A stretch of DNA of 63,248 nucleotides, the filler included, from Pelomyxa schiedti (lineage: Eukaryota > Protista > Evosea), in assembly GCA_020536535.1 (NCBI GenBank). It is 10 parts of 10 records of this genome, joined end to end, with 100 filler letters (N's around TTAATTAATTAA, not from the genome) between each part and the next. Parts side by side here need not be neighbours in the genome. Positions count along the whole stretch, not along the records: positions 1 to 7,251 come from JAHLWZ010000382.1; positions 7,352 to 15,734 come from JAHLWZ010000685.1; 8 more parts are not named here. One strand, 5' to 3'. A program made the position numbers and the translations under genes. Position 1 is the stretch's first letter. Each line of letters starts with the position of its first letter. Under the pieces are notes generated by a model. The model did not search any database. It was not told where the DNA came from and saw only the letters and a program-made list of their open reading frames with translations. Below, in pieces: positions 1 to 11,346 of this stretch.

Positions 1-414
1 AACCTGCTGCACATGGGTAAGGCCAGGTGTGCGCAGTGGCTTCTTGACTCCTTTGACATACCTCTTGTTGATGTACATCTTCTTTTCTTTTCTCCCTCTG
101 AATGCCACAAACTCACTCGCCAATGTCCTTCGTTTTAGGTAATCGAAATGGCAAAGGGATACACTCTTCACATCAACACCCCCAGCGAAATGAACCTGCT
201 AGGCTGGAAGATGTTGTTGAGAAAGTACCCCGGCATTGGCGCCGAGGTGATACAAGCGAACTTTATGCCGTTCTTGGCACTGTCACCGCACATCGCAATC
301 TGGACAATGCACGAGTATGGACTGACACTGAGCCAGGTGCGTGACTTTTGTTCCACTGCAACAGTACAGAACAACCTCAACCACGATGTCGTAGTCTGGC
401 TTCAAAACACTTGA
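1..414 (+). CDS. 3' end of helical-repeat family gene (near-identical copy of 2103..4544); intron 73..138
   Basis: 1..414 matches 4143..4544. Removing GTACAT..TTTTAG (73..138) joins IPLVD to VIEMAKGYTLH...WLQNT*. The 12-nt indel between the two copies falls inside this intron. Confidence 0.75.
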
Positions 415-1483
415 GGTGTTCCATCACAGAAAGAGCAAATTAGCCGAAGAAGAAAAAGAAAATGATGGGCAGTGATGATGGTGCTGCGCCGAGGCGCGGC
501 TGATTAACTCCAACTTGCAATTGTATCCCACAATTGATGTTTTTCCCCTCTCCGCGGCTGGTTCCCGCTTACACCAATAATAGCAATTGTCCCCTCCGTG
601 TCACACCAATGAAATCGATTGATGTTAATGACTTGTGGGATGGCCTCATTGATACCGCACATCATTTACGGCCACCATGGTGGTGTGGAAGCACTTAAAC
701 AACCAACATTAATTATTCCGATAACCAACACTGTACACACAGGATGGAATTGAATTGAACCCGAAGAATAAAATGACAATTATGTTCCAATTCCATTTTC
801 ACATTGCTGCGGAATGCTCCACAACTAGATTCGCACCCCATTCCATTGCATTTCACACAACCAACTCATTGTGCACTCACTCAATACAGCAACCACACAC
901 TCATACATTCCATTCTCTTCCGAAACCTGTCACCGCGGAAAAAAAAACCTTGGTTTTTGGCAAAAAAAGTGCTATTTGTACAATTATTTCTGCTGTGGCA
1001 CTTCGCAAGGATTGGTGGTATTTTGGAGGGCTTGTGTCTCACTGAATGACCAACAGGCTGCTGGGGGATTTGCACGAGAGTCAAATTGGGGTGGCTCGAA
1101 TTGGGGATTGCACTTGATACTCCACGAGAACCCACCCAACAACCCCCCTTGACACCCAGTCCTCCGCGGGGGATTCCCAGCCCAGTTGGGTTTGGTCTGG
1201 GAATGTGTTCGGGGTTTCCAAACACCCGCCGCGGTACTTTGGTGCCAAACTCGGGGGAAGGGTTCTCGCGGGGTGAGCCCAGCCCGGCCAGTCTTCCTCT
1301 CTTTTGGGGTGTGTGCAATGTGCAGCCACTCGAAATGGTCATCACAGAGATAATGCTGAACTTGAACCACCGGGGGATGGGAAGGATTTGCCGGAACTCA
1401 GTGAAGATGAAGTACAAGTGGGCAAGAGGTTCCGGGAATCATCGCGATCGGATGGAAAGCTGTGAATTGGTGAGTTGGGAGAA
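1..1483 (+). repeat. Segmental direct repeat, copy 1 (copy 2 = 4143..5539)
   Basis: Near-identical sequence with scattered SNPs and small indels, including ~54 nt present only in copy 1 near 1311-1364. Confidence 0.95.
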
Positions 1484-1583
1484 NNNNNNNNNNNNNNNNN
1501 NNNNNNNNNNNNNNNNNNNNNNNNNNNNNNNNNNNNNNNNNNNNNNNNNNNNNNNNNNNNNNNNNNNNNNNNNNNNNNNNNNN

Positions 1584-1972
1584 CGGCTGACCAAGTCAAG
1601 GCCAATGAAAACGAGCTGTTGTTCAAGTTGCTGTCATGCTCCAAAACAAGCTGTGCTCGGTGGCTGATCACAAAGTTCCACATCACACTCACTGAACTGT
1701 GTGATTCCAACAAAACGAACAATCTCAGGGGAATCAAGTTTTCCACTTGGAAAATGCTCTTGAAGCAGTTCCCAGATATCACAGCAGACACAGTGAGAGC
1801 GAAATTCATGGGGGCAGTGATAGGCTCACCTCGCCACATTGACTACACCGTCAACAGAGTGACAGGTATCACATTCGACGAGATTGTTCAGCACTGCCAA
1901 ATGAACATCACTGAAAATCTTGGAGTTCCTGAGGCCACAAAGTTGTGGTTGTCCTTCCAAAATAATGATTGA
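1584..1972 (+). CDS. 3' end of a diverged paralog of the same helical-repeat family (5' lost in N gap)
   Basis: VKANENELLFKLL..KTSCARWLITKFHI..WKMLLKQFPDI..FM...SP aligns with IKLENNKLLLNLL..KARCAQWLLDSFDI..WKMLLRKYPGI..FM...SP of 2103..4544. Confidence 0.75.
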
Positions 1973-2102
1973 TGTTTTTGAAATTTCAAAAACCTAGTTA
2001 GCTACCAGAAAGAGTACTCTGCAACAAAGAGTCTGATCTCCATCAGTCCACCAGATCCTACCTACCTTAGGTTCATTCCGATCGGCTCATCAAATTCGAA
2101 GA

Positions 2103-4544
2103 ATGAGCTGCTACGACACCGGCGTTGGGCGTGACGAACAACCGTCAGCTGTCGTGGCGCGGGCTGCTGCTCGCGCTCTCGCGACGGAAGCTGCGGTGCG
2201 GGTGTCGCGTTTCGTGTGGGACTGCGTGGTGTCGCGCGGGCTGCTCGACGGCGCGGACGCCGCTGGGCGCGCCAAGTGCGACCCGTCGGGGTGCTGCCAC
2301 GGCTCGCTGTTCGCGGCGGCCGAGGCGGTGTTCCCCCTGGTGCCCCGCGTGTGCGCCCGCGTGCTGTCCCTGGTCGACGCGCGGGGCCGCAGCGCGGGCT
2401 CGTACGCCGCCCTGCGCGGCGCCGCGGCCGTGCCAAGCCCCTCCTGCGTCGCCTGGATCGTGGCCAACAGGCACAGGTTCCCCGAGGAGGAGGAGGAGCC
2501 CCCCCGCGACGGAGGGTGCATTATGGGTGCGAGGTTGTTGTATGCTCCAAATGGTGAATACCATCATTATCCCACTGAAACAACAGAAGAAGCAAGTACA
2601 GCAAGTTCTATGACCAGAGGGGAATGTTGTGAAGTTGTTGTGAAGGAGGTGACAGCAGTGATGGTTGGGCTGTGCTGTGGTGGCCATGTGAAGGAGGCAC
2701 GGAAATTGCTTGGTGATGGGAGTGCTGGCCGAGGTGAAAGTGATTATTCTGGTCCTGGTGATTGTGATGATGAGTCTGTTGTGGGCACATTGCCATTGCT
2801 GTGGGACGGGCGCAGTGTCGAAAGGTGGTGCAGGGCTTGCTACTGTCACATTGGCGGCACATCAGCTGATTATGGTGCTTTCAGTTTGTCAGACAGAGAG
2901 GGAATGGGAGCACTGTTGAGGGAAAAGGTGAGAGAGCACTTGAAGTCATCAGCCCGTGCCTTTAGGGTGTTGGTGGATGGATGCGGGGGAGTCAACGTTG
3001 GTGCTATTAGGTGGTTGCTATCCGCACTCAGGGTTGGGCGGGATGAGGCACCTTGGGTGCTTCGTGGTCCCCTGCTTTTCTCTCTGTATCACGGGAGGGT
3101 GGATGTATTTAACTGGCTGTTGGATGAATTTGACTTGGGTACGTGTATCCCCCAATCTGAGCTTTTGGATATGGCTGAGCAGTGTGCACTGGGAAAGTCT
3201 CCTTGCAATTTCAAGTCGGTGGTTGATAAACTGCAGTTGGCCACCAAAATTGACAGGAATGTAGTTGTAAGTGAACTGGCAATGAACAAGCACAGCAAGG
3301 TGGAAGACTTCGAGTGGCTTGAAGGTGAAATTGGTGAGTATGTTCTGTGGGAAACCAGCAATGTTGAGTTGGTCAAGTGGGCACTCACAAAGCTGCCGGG
3401 CAGTATCAGGGGTGAAACCTGGGATAATATCCTCAAGAACACTGGGGATTTATCACTTGCACAGTGGCTTGTCACAGAGAGGCCTGACTTCATACCAACC
3501 CCAGAAAATTTCGTATCAGTATGCTCAATACAGGGGTCATCATTTGCAAAGTGGATGTCAGCCAGAGTCTCTCTCACACAAAAGGACCTCATAAACTCAG
3601 TTATAGAGGCACTCATCTGGAACAACATAGAGGTTGCTGATTGGCTGCAAGAAAGATTCCACGTAATGGATGTTGTCAACTCTGACCCTGTGACCGCTGG
3701 GAGTGTGCTGATTGGGCTCTTCAATAGGTTTGGTTACGGAAAGGGGGTGCATAATGTTGCAGGACTGAAGTGGCTTCTTAAGCACCTCTCACCATCTTTG
3801 AAGATCAGTGAAAAATCAATTCACGAGGCAACTTTGGAAGCTCTGCTCTCCTGGCACTGGAATTCAGCATTTTTATTGTTGCATACATTCCCTGAGTTTC
3901 ACCCACAGGAGGACCCACGACTCTGCGAGAATTTCTTAGTATCCTTCCTGTCATATTTCCACTTCAAAGAGCAGTTCATGTCATCCTTTGGTTCCTCGTC
4001 GTTGTTGACTCCAGAGTTTGTGAGCAGGTGCATGATATCAAGTAATTTGTATTTTGTCTCCAGCAAGGCTGTCAAGTGGGTGATTGGGAGGTTCAATCTG
4101 CAGTACAACCACATCAAGCTTGAGAACAACAAACTGCTTCTCAACCTGCTGCACATGGGTAAGGCCAGGTGTGCGCAGTGGCTTCTTGACTCCTTTGACA
4201 TACCTCTTGTTGATGTACATCTTCTTTTCTTTTCTCCCTCTGAATGCCACAAACTCACTCGCCTTTAGGTAATCGAAATGGCAAAGGGATACACTCTTCA
4301 CATCAACACCCCCAGCGAAATGAACCTGCTAGGCTGGAAGATGTTGCTGAGAAAGTACCCCGGCATTGGCGCCGAGGTGATACAAGCGAACTTTATGCCG
4401 TTCTTGGCACTGTCACCGCACATCGCAATCTGGACAATGCACGAGTACGGACTGACACTGAGCCAGGTGCGTGACTTTTGTTCCACTGCAACAGTACAGA
4501 ACAACCTCAACCACGATGTCGTAGTCTGGCTTCAAAACACTTGA
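2103..4544 (+). CDS. ~795 aa uncharacterised protein with degenerate ankyrin-like helical repeats; exons 2103..4214 and 4269..4544
   Basis: 721-codon ORF plus phase-0 intron 4215..4268 (GT..AG) joins the 4278 ORF. Recurrent motifs GRVDVFNWL, NVELVKW, GDLSLAQWL, NNIEVADWL. Confidence 0.75.
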
Positions 4545-5539
4545 TGTGTTCCATCACAGAAAGAGTTAGCCGAAGATGAAAAAGAAAATGTGATGGGCAG
4601 TGATGATGGTGCTGCGCCGAGGCGCGGCTGATTAACTCCAAATTGCAAGTATCCCACAATTGATGTTTTTCCCCTCTCCGCGGCTGGTTCCCGTTCGCTT
4701 ACACGAATAATGGCAATTGTCCCCTCCGTGTCACACCAATGAAATCGATTGATGTTAATGACTTGTGGGATGGCCTCATTGATACCGCACATCATTTACG
4801 GCCACCATGGTGTGGAAGCACTTAAACAACCAACACTGTACACACAGGATGGAATTGAATTGAACCCGAAGAATAAAATGACAATTATGTTCCAATTCCA
4901 TTTTCACATTGCTGCGGAATGCTTCACAACTAGATTCGCACTCCATTCCATTGCATTTCACACAACCAACTCATTGTGCACTCACTCAATACAGCAACCA
5001 CACACTCATACATTCCATTCTCTTCCGAAACCTGTCACTGCGGAAAAAAAAACACTTGGTTTTTGGCAAAAAAAGTGCTATTTGTACAATTATTTCTGCT
5101 GTGTCACTTCGCAAGGATTGGTGGTATTTTGGAGGGCTTGTGTCTCACTGAATGACCAACAGGCTGCTGGGGGATTTGCACGAGAGTCAAATTGGGGGGT
5201 GGCTCGAATTGGGGATTGCACTTGATACTCCACGAGAACCCACCCAACAACCCCCCATTGGCACCCAGTCCTCCGCGGGGGATTCCCAGCCCAGTTGGGT
5301 TTGGTCTGGGAATGCGTTCGGGGTTTCCAAACACCCGCCGCGGTACTTTGGTGCCAAACTCGGGGGAAGGGTTCTCGTGGGGTGAGCCCAGCCCGGCCAG
5401 TCTTCCTCTCTTTTGGGGTGAACCACCGGGGGATGGGAAGGATTTGCCGGAACTCAGTGAAGATGAAGTACAAGTGGGCAAGAGGTTCCGGGAATCATCG
5501 CGATCGGATGGAAAGCTGTGAATTGGTGAGTTGGGAGAA
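4143..5539 (+). repeat. Segmental direct repeat, copy 2
   Basis: Matches 1..1483. Confidence 0.95.
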
Positions 5540-6123
5540 AAAAAGCATGCAAGGTGTTCATTACAATACCTTGCGTCCAGCTGCTGCTGACTCGGGCTGA
5601 TTTTTTATATTTTGTATATCAAATCAAATGGCTTGTTTTATTCGTCGGTTGTGTCAACAACAAGACTGTTGATTGGGATGTGAGTTGGGAGAAGACGCAA
5701 AACTGAAGAAGAGACCTGCTGACAACACAACTCGGTGATAATTTCGCGGATCGGGTAAATAAACTGCCTGCCAAAATATATATCATCCAATCATCCTCCA
5801 CACTCGACGTGGTGTGGAATCGCAGATGACCACATGATCACCCATGGGAGTGTTGCTATTATTGTCTCTGTGTGCGATATATTAGAACGCACGGAATTCA
5901 ACGGGAAAAGGGAGCCATACCCTCTCATGATAGCGGCGGCAATTCCTCGATTCCAGCGAAACTATTTTGAATTGACGATCAAGCCATATGTGGTGAGTCA
6001 ACACAGCAGCGTATTGGGAGTCTCAGCACAGCAGAAATGACGCACTTTGAGCGCGTGTGGGATGGTAGATGGTGTTACATGTTGGGGTGGTATTACAAAT
6101 GCAAGTGCGGGTGTTTTGGGTCT

Positions 6124-7251
6124 CTACAAGGTGGTCCCCACCAGCCTGGGGATCCACACTGCTGCTGGTGGCTGCTGCTCCTGATGCTGCGGGGGGATGT
6201 TGGGCCACAAAGAGGACAAAGGCGAGGACGAGGGCCGCCACGTGGCCGGGGAGACTGCTGCAGTATCAACGGCATCAGCCATTTGGGCGTCGCGCTGTTG
6301 GGCAATAAGTCGCAGCAACCAGGCAGGCTGAACAGGCCGAACAGGGCGGGGTGGCTGCTGCTGGGGCGGCGTCGGGGGATCTATGGCGGGCAACAAAGCT
6401 GCTGGTTGTGACGGTGGCACCCCAAACGGGAACCAGCCAACGCCAGGTACACTGACACCAACACCAACAGCAGCAGCAGGCTGAACAGGCCGAGCAGGGC
6501 GTGGTGGCTGCTGCTGGGGCGGCGGTACTCCAAACGGGAACCAGCCCACGCCAGGTACACTGACACCAACGCCAACGCCAACACCACCAACGCCAGCAGC
6601 AGCAGCAGCGGTACTAGTACTAGTGGTGCCGGTCCCCGGGGCCTGCTGCTGCTGCTGCTGCGGGGTGCCACCACCGGTAATCCATGGTTGCGCAGGCAGC
6701 GTAGGCATCAGCGTAGGCATCATCATTATGGGAGCGGCGTCAGCAGGAGATGATGCCACGTGGGGTTGTGGCTGGGTCTGCGGCTGGGAATGTGACTGTG
6801 ACTGCGACGGGCCCTGCGCATCCCAGTCCCAGTCCAGCGACCCTGGTCTCACAGGGCGGGTCCACGTTGTCGTCGTCGTCGTCCTTGGTGCCTGTGGCTG
6901 TGCCTGCGACGTCGGGTGCTGCACTCCCCAGTCCCAGTCGAGCGCCCCGGGCAGCGTTGGGCGGGTCCAAGTGGGGGCCGGGGTCGCGCCGCCGCTGAGG
7001 CCATCACCGTCGTCATCAGCTGGAGCGGCTGCACTGGGAGTGCGTCGTGGCTGGGGCGACGGCGAGGCCGAGGAGGAGGAGGAGGAGGAGGATGGGATGC
7101 GAAGCAGGGGGGTCGGCGGCGACGCGGCACGAGAACCATCGGTAGCAGCAGCACGGAGCAGGGCGGCCGGGGTCTCTGTTGTTGTTGTGGCAGTGTCAGC
7201 GGCAGCGGCAGGAGCGAGGCGTGGCCGGGCCACAATGCGAGAGAACAGCTT
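6124..7251 (-). CDS. Pro/Gln/Ala-rich low-complexity protein exon, probably 5'-partial; internal duplicated peptides
   Basis: 369-codon GC-rich ORF reaching close to the scaffold end. WTRPxxPGxLDWDW x2, GVGVSVPGVGWFPFGVPP x2, PQQQPPRPxRPVQPA x2. Downstream exons unresolved. Confidence 0.5.
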   Translation of the reverse strand, partial: KLFSRIVARPRLAPAAAADTATTTTETPAALLRAAATDGSRAASPPTPLLRIPSSSSSSSSASPSPQPRRTPSAAAPADDDGDGLSGGATPAPTWTRPTLPGALDWDWGVQHPTSQAQPQAPRTTTTTTWTRPVRPGSLDWDWDAQGPSQSQSHSQPQTQPQPHVASSPADAAPIMMMPTLMPTLPAQPWITGGGTPQQQQQQAPGTGTTSTSTAAAAAGVGGVGVGVGVSVPGVGWFPFGVPPPQQQPPRPARPVQPAAAVGVGVSVPGVGWFPFGVPPSQPAALLPAIDPPTPPQQQPPRPVRPVQPAWLLRLIAQQRDAQMADAVDTAAVSPATWRPSSSPLSSLWPNIPPQHQEQQPPAAVWIPRLVGTTL

Positions 7252-7351
7252 NNNNNNNNNNNNNNNNNNNNNNNNNNNNNNNNNNNNNNNNNNNNTTAAT
7301 TAATTAANNNNNNNNNNNNNNNNNNNNNNNNNNNNNNNNNNNNNNNNNNNN
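7252..7351. other. Artificial scaffold linker (N-TTAATTAATTAA-N). Same linker at 15735-15834, 19793-19892, 27077-27176, 47266-47365, 50493-50592, 52602-52701, 54140-54239, 60672-60771
   Basis: Identical 12-mer giving stops in all six frames, embedded in N runs. Confidence 0.97.
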
Positions 7352-7571
7352 ACCAGCCGGCTCCGGCCCACCAAATGGCATTAAATTTTATTTGTTCTTC
7401 CTCTTTGCAACTGGCAATGAAAGAGAAGAAACAACATGTTCCCGGAAAATCCTCACTCTCAGCCAAGTCAGACGCAGTCAGTTAGCTCCAACCGGTAAGG
7501 CACCAACACGCCCAGTCCAGTCTCCTACGTGCACTCCACTCTGATGAATAGATTCTAAACACTTTGCCCAA

Positions 7572-10500
7572 ATGGTTGCTGTGAAGGAACCCCTTTCTCT
7601 GCAATCAAGCGCGAATCAAAAGATCTGGTTGTGGAACGTTGACCCAACTTGGTCAGTAACAGAAAGCGGTTTTTTGCTGGCAGCTGTGAAACTCAGAAAC
7701 AATAACACACAGAGAACCTACGAGCCAACGGCGTCGCACAAACAAGGCACCTCCAACAGTGGTGACATCACCGCGCGTAATCCCCCGCAGTGCAACTGCG
7801 AGCGCGGGGGGGAAGTACAACCGAGCCACAACAACACCGTCACGCCCACAACAACAACTGTTGCAACAACATCGTCTGAATCGCAACGAGTTCAAGAATC
7901 GCGGGGTGTGAATGTGGATGTGGCCACGCCAGGGCCAGAGACTGCTGCTTCTCCTGCATGTTCAGGTGAGCCAACAAAGCACACGCAAACGCAAACGCAA
8001 ACGCAAACGCAAACGCAAACGCAAACGCAAACGCAAACGCAAACGCAAACGCAAACGCAACACTCAAAACAAACACCCAAAAAAAACAAAGATGGAGGAG
8101 GGAAGAACACTCGGAACAAAATGATGATGGAAGCACTGCTGCAGTGGGAGCTCGGCAACATCAACTCTGCACTTGGACTTGTCTCACAAGCTTACTTGGA
8201 CTTCAAATCTGATCCTGATTTCGGTGGGTTCTCAACTCCCGTGTTGCCCAAACACATGACCAAAACACACACACCCAACATCAGGTTGTTGTGAGCCAAA
8301 CAACCAGCAGCATTACCTCCCAGGATTGTTGTTTGTTTGGGGTCTGATCAGAAGCACACCAAATTGTGAGATGCTTTGCCGCAATCACATTCCCCCCCCA
8401 TTGTTGGCTTATTTTTCATTTGCAGTCACATCTGTGGCTCAACAATTACGAACATCCTGCCAAAAGGTTATGGAACAGAACAGAAAAGGAATGAGGAAGA
8501 ATGCCATTGAAGAGTGGAATGAGTTGGTTTCAACAGCATCAGCAAATGTGAATTGCACCACAGTGGATGCCACCAGCTTGTTGAGGTTGTGGTGCCGCCA
8601 AGGTCTGAACCCTCAAGGAGATTCTCCCTTCCCCACCAACCACTCCTCGTGGTCCTGTGCATACTTTGCAGCACTCTGGATGACCTTTTGCATGCAGGAC
8701 TGCTGGGGGCAAAACTTGATCCTGACTGAGCTTTCAAAGGGTTTTCCTCGTTTTGAAGGCACCCCTGAAGGATCACAACCACAGCCACAACCACCAGCCC
8801 TGTTGAAGTGTGCCTGCATGACTCTGCTGGGTGAGCTGTGCTGGAATGGAACTGGAGGTGAGCTCAAAGACGCAAAAAAGGCAGTATTGCTGTGGGAGAG
8901 TGCTGCAAGTCAGGGTGACACAACTGCAATGTGTGCGATGGCTGTTTGCTACGAAGAAGGTAACTGTGGCAGCAAGGATTCCCTGAAGGCTGACTCGTTT
9001 TATCAGATGGCCTCTGACAGTGGTGACCCACGTGCAATGTGTTACCTTGGAGCCCGTTTTGATAAGGACACTGCCAAAGCAGTTGCACTTTGGCAGAGGG
9101 CATCTGATGCTGGAAATAACTTGGCAATGGCCAACCTTGGCTTGTGTTATTTCGATGGCGCTGGTGGTCTTGAAAAAGACCACAAGAAAGCAGCCTCACT
9201 GTTTCAGAAAGCAGTTGAATGTGGCAACTGCGAAGTTCTCGTCCACCTTGGCAGCTGCTATGAGAATGGCCATGGTGTCGACAAGGATGCAACCAGAGCA
9301 GCAGAGTTGTATCAGAGGGCTGCCAACGACGGCTACACTGCCGCAATGAAAAACCTGGGTGACTGTTACTACGAAGGGACAGGCGTCAAGCAAGAGTTCT
9401 GCAAGGCTGCAATGCTGTACAAAAAAGCCCTTGATGCCGGCGATACTGATGCATCTTGTGGGCTTGGAAACTGCTTCCTTAATGGACTGGGTGTTGATAA
9501 GGACACAACCAGAGCAGCAGAGTTGTATCAGATTGCTGCCAACTCTGGATGCGCCGCTGCCATCTGCAACCTGGCTGACTGCTACTACAGTGGCACAGGT
9601 GTTGAACAAGACCTCCACAAGGCCGCAGAGCTCTACCAGCACTCTCTGGACGCTGGCATTTCTCAAGCAGCGTTCTCCCTTGGATGGTATTACTTGTATG
9701 GGCAAGGCGTTGACAAGGACGCAACCAGAGCAGCAGAGTTGTATAAGAGGGCTGCCAACGATGGGCACACTGGTGCAATTCACAACCTGGGTGAGTGTTA
9801 CTACTATGGTACAGGTGTTAGGCAGGACTTCCATGAGGCTGCCCTTCTCTTCCAGCAGGCCCTTGATGCTGGCTTCACTCAGACAGCGCTTTCCCTTGGA
9901 TGGTGTTACTACTATGGGAAAGGTGTTGACAAGGATGCAACCAGAGCAGCAGAGTTGTATCAGAGGGCTGCCAACGACGGCTACACTGCCGCAATGAAAA
10001 ACCTGGGTGACTGTTACTACGATGGCATAGGCGTCAAGCAAGAGTTCTGCAAGGCTGCAATGCTGTACAAAAAAGCCCTTGATGGCGGTGATACAGATGC
10101 AGCATGTGGGCTTGGAAACTGCTTCCTTAATGGACTGGGTGTTGATAAGGACACAACCAGAGCAGCAGAGTTGTATCAGATTGCTGCCAACTCTGGATGC
10201 ACCGCTGGCATTTCTCAAGCAGCGTTCTCCCTTGGATGGTGTTACTTTTATGGGCAAGGCGTTGACAAGGATGCAACCAGAGCAGCAGAGTTGTTTCAGA
10301 GGGCTGCCAACGATGGGCACACTGGTGCTATGAACAGACTGGCTGACTGTTACTACTTCGGCACAGGTGCCAAGCAGGACTTCCGCAAGGCTGCCATTAT
10401 GTACCAGCAGGCCCTTGATGCAGGCGAGACAACAGCAGCGTGTGGGCTTGGCGACTGCTTCTTCCATGGGCTGGGTGTTGACAGGGACACAACCAGAGCG

Positions 10501-11346
10501 GCAGAGTTGTTCGAGATGGCCACCACGGTAGGAGGAAATCCCAGTGCAATCCACAAACTGGGTGAGTGTTACTACAATGGCACCGGTGTTTGCCAGGACT
10601 TCCATGAGGCTGCCCTTCTCTTCCAGAAGGCCCTTGACGCTGGAAACACCAGGTCTTCCTTCAATCTTGGACTCTGCTACTCCAGAGGACAAGGTGTTGA
10701 CAAAGACATCACCAGAGCAGCACGGTTGTATCGGACTGCTGCTGCTGATGGGCACCCTGAGGCCATGTACGAAATGGCCGAGTGTTACTACTGGGGCACT
10801 GGTGTTGGACAAGACTTCCACAAGGCGGCTGTTCTCCACCAGCAAGCCCTGGATGCTGGCAACATCAATTCAGCACCCAAACTTGGATTCTGCTACTACA
10901 TGGGCCAGGGGGTAGTCAAGGACTTGCGGAGGTCGGCAGTGCTAAATGAGAGGGGTGCCGACGCTGGGATTCCTGGTGCTATCCACAACCTGGCTGCCTG
11001 TTACTGCCATGGTGATGGCGTTGTGCAGGACTTCAACAGGGCTGCTGCTCTCTTTCAGAGGGCCCTTGACACTGGGTTTCCTCCTTCTGCGGGCGCACTT
11101 GGACTCTGTTACTACAATGGTCAGGGTGTTGCCAAGGACACCAAGAAAGCTGTTGGGCTTTTCTACATGGGTGCTCTGTGTGGTGAAATTGGTCCCCTGT
11201 GCAGCCTGGGAAGGTGTTACAAACTGGGTGATGGAGTGGGGAGTGTGGACCTGAGAACAGCGGCAAAGTTCTTCAGACTCGCTGCTGCTGAAGCAGACTC
11301 TGAGGCACAGCACCAACTCGACATCATCTGTGCACAAACGATGTAG
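7572..11346 (+). CDS. Sel1-like repeat (SLR) protein, >20 repeats of 36 aa; introns 7966..8091 and 8224..8323; start uncertain
   Basis: Consensus A..NLG.CY..G.GV.KD...A..LY..AA..G. Intron GTGGGT..CCCAG joins DPDF-G-LLFVW in frame. Intron GTGAGC..CAAAG is supported by the paralog. Confidence 0.9.
7983..8060 (+). repeat. (ACGCAA)13 microsatellite, intronic
   Basis: Perfect hexamer array; paralog has 4 units at 14287..14310. Confidence 0.95.

Noticed and set aside
755-1483. Overlapping ORFs in the duplicated 3' flank
   Set aside because: Frames are not preserved between the two copies (frame-breaking indels)
7296-7307. Recurrent TTAATTAATTAA palindrome as a biological site
   Set aside because: Always embedded in N runs; a six-frame-stop concatenation linker. 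Neighbourhoods across it carry no meaning.
7578-7690. GCTGTGAA direct repeat as a target-site duplication
   Set aside because: Only 8 nt, with no terminal repeats or poly(A) on the enclosed segment
7912-8164. Poly-KR, poly-AF and poly-CV ORFs
   Set aside because: Alternative translations of the (ACGCAA)n microsatellite
9196-10845. 549-aa antisense ORF
   Set aside because: Shadow frame of the repetitive Sel1 coding sequence; no independent motifs
9274-11300. Regularly spaced repeats as a CRISPR array
   Set aside because: 108-bp in-frame coding units with no unique spacers, eukaryotic context, no cas genes
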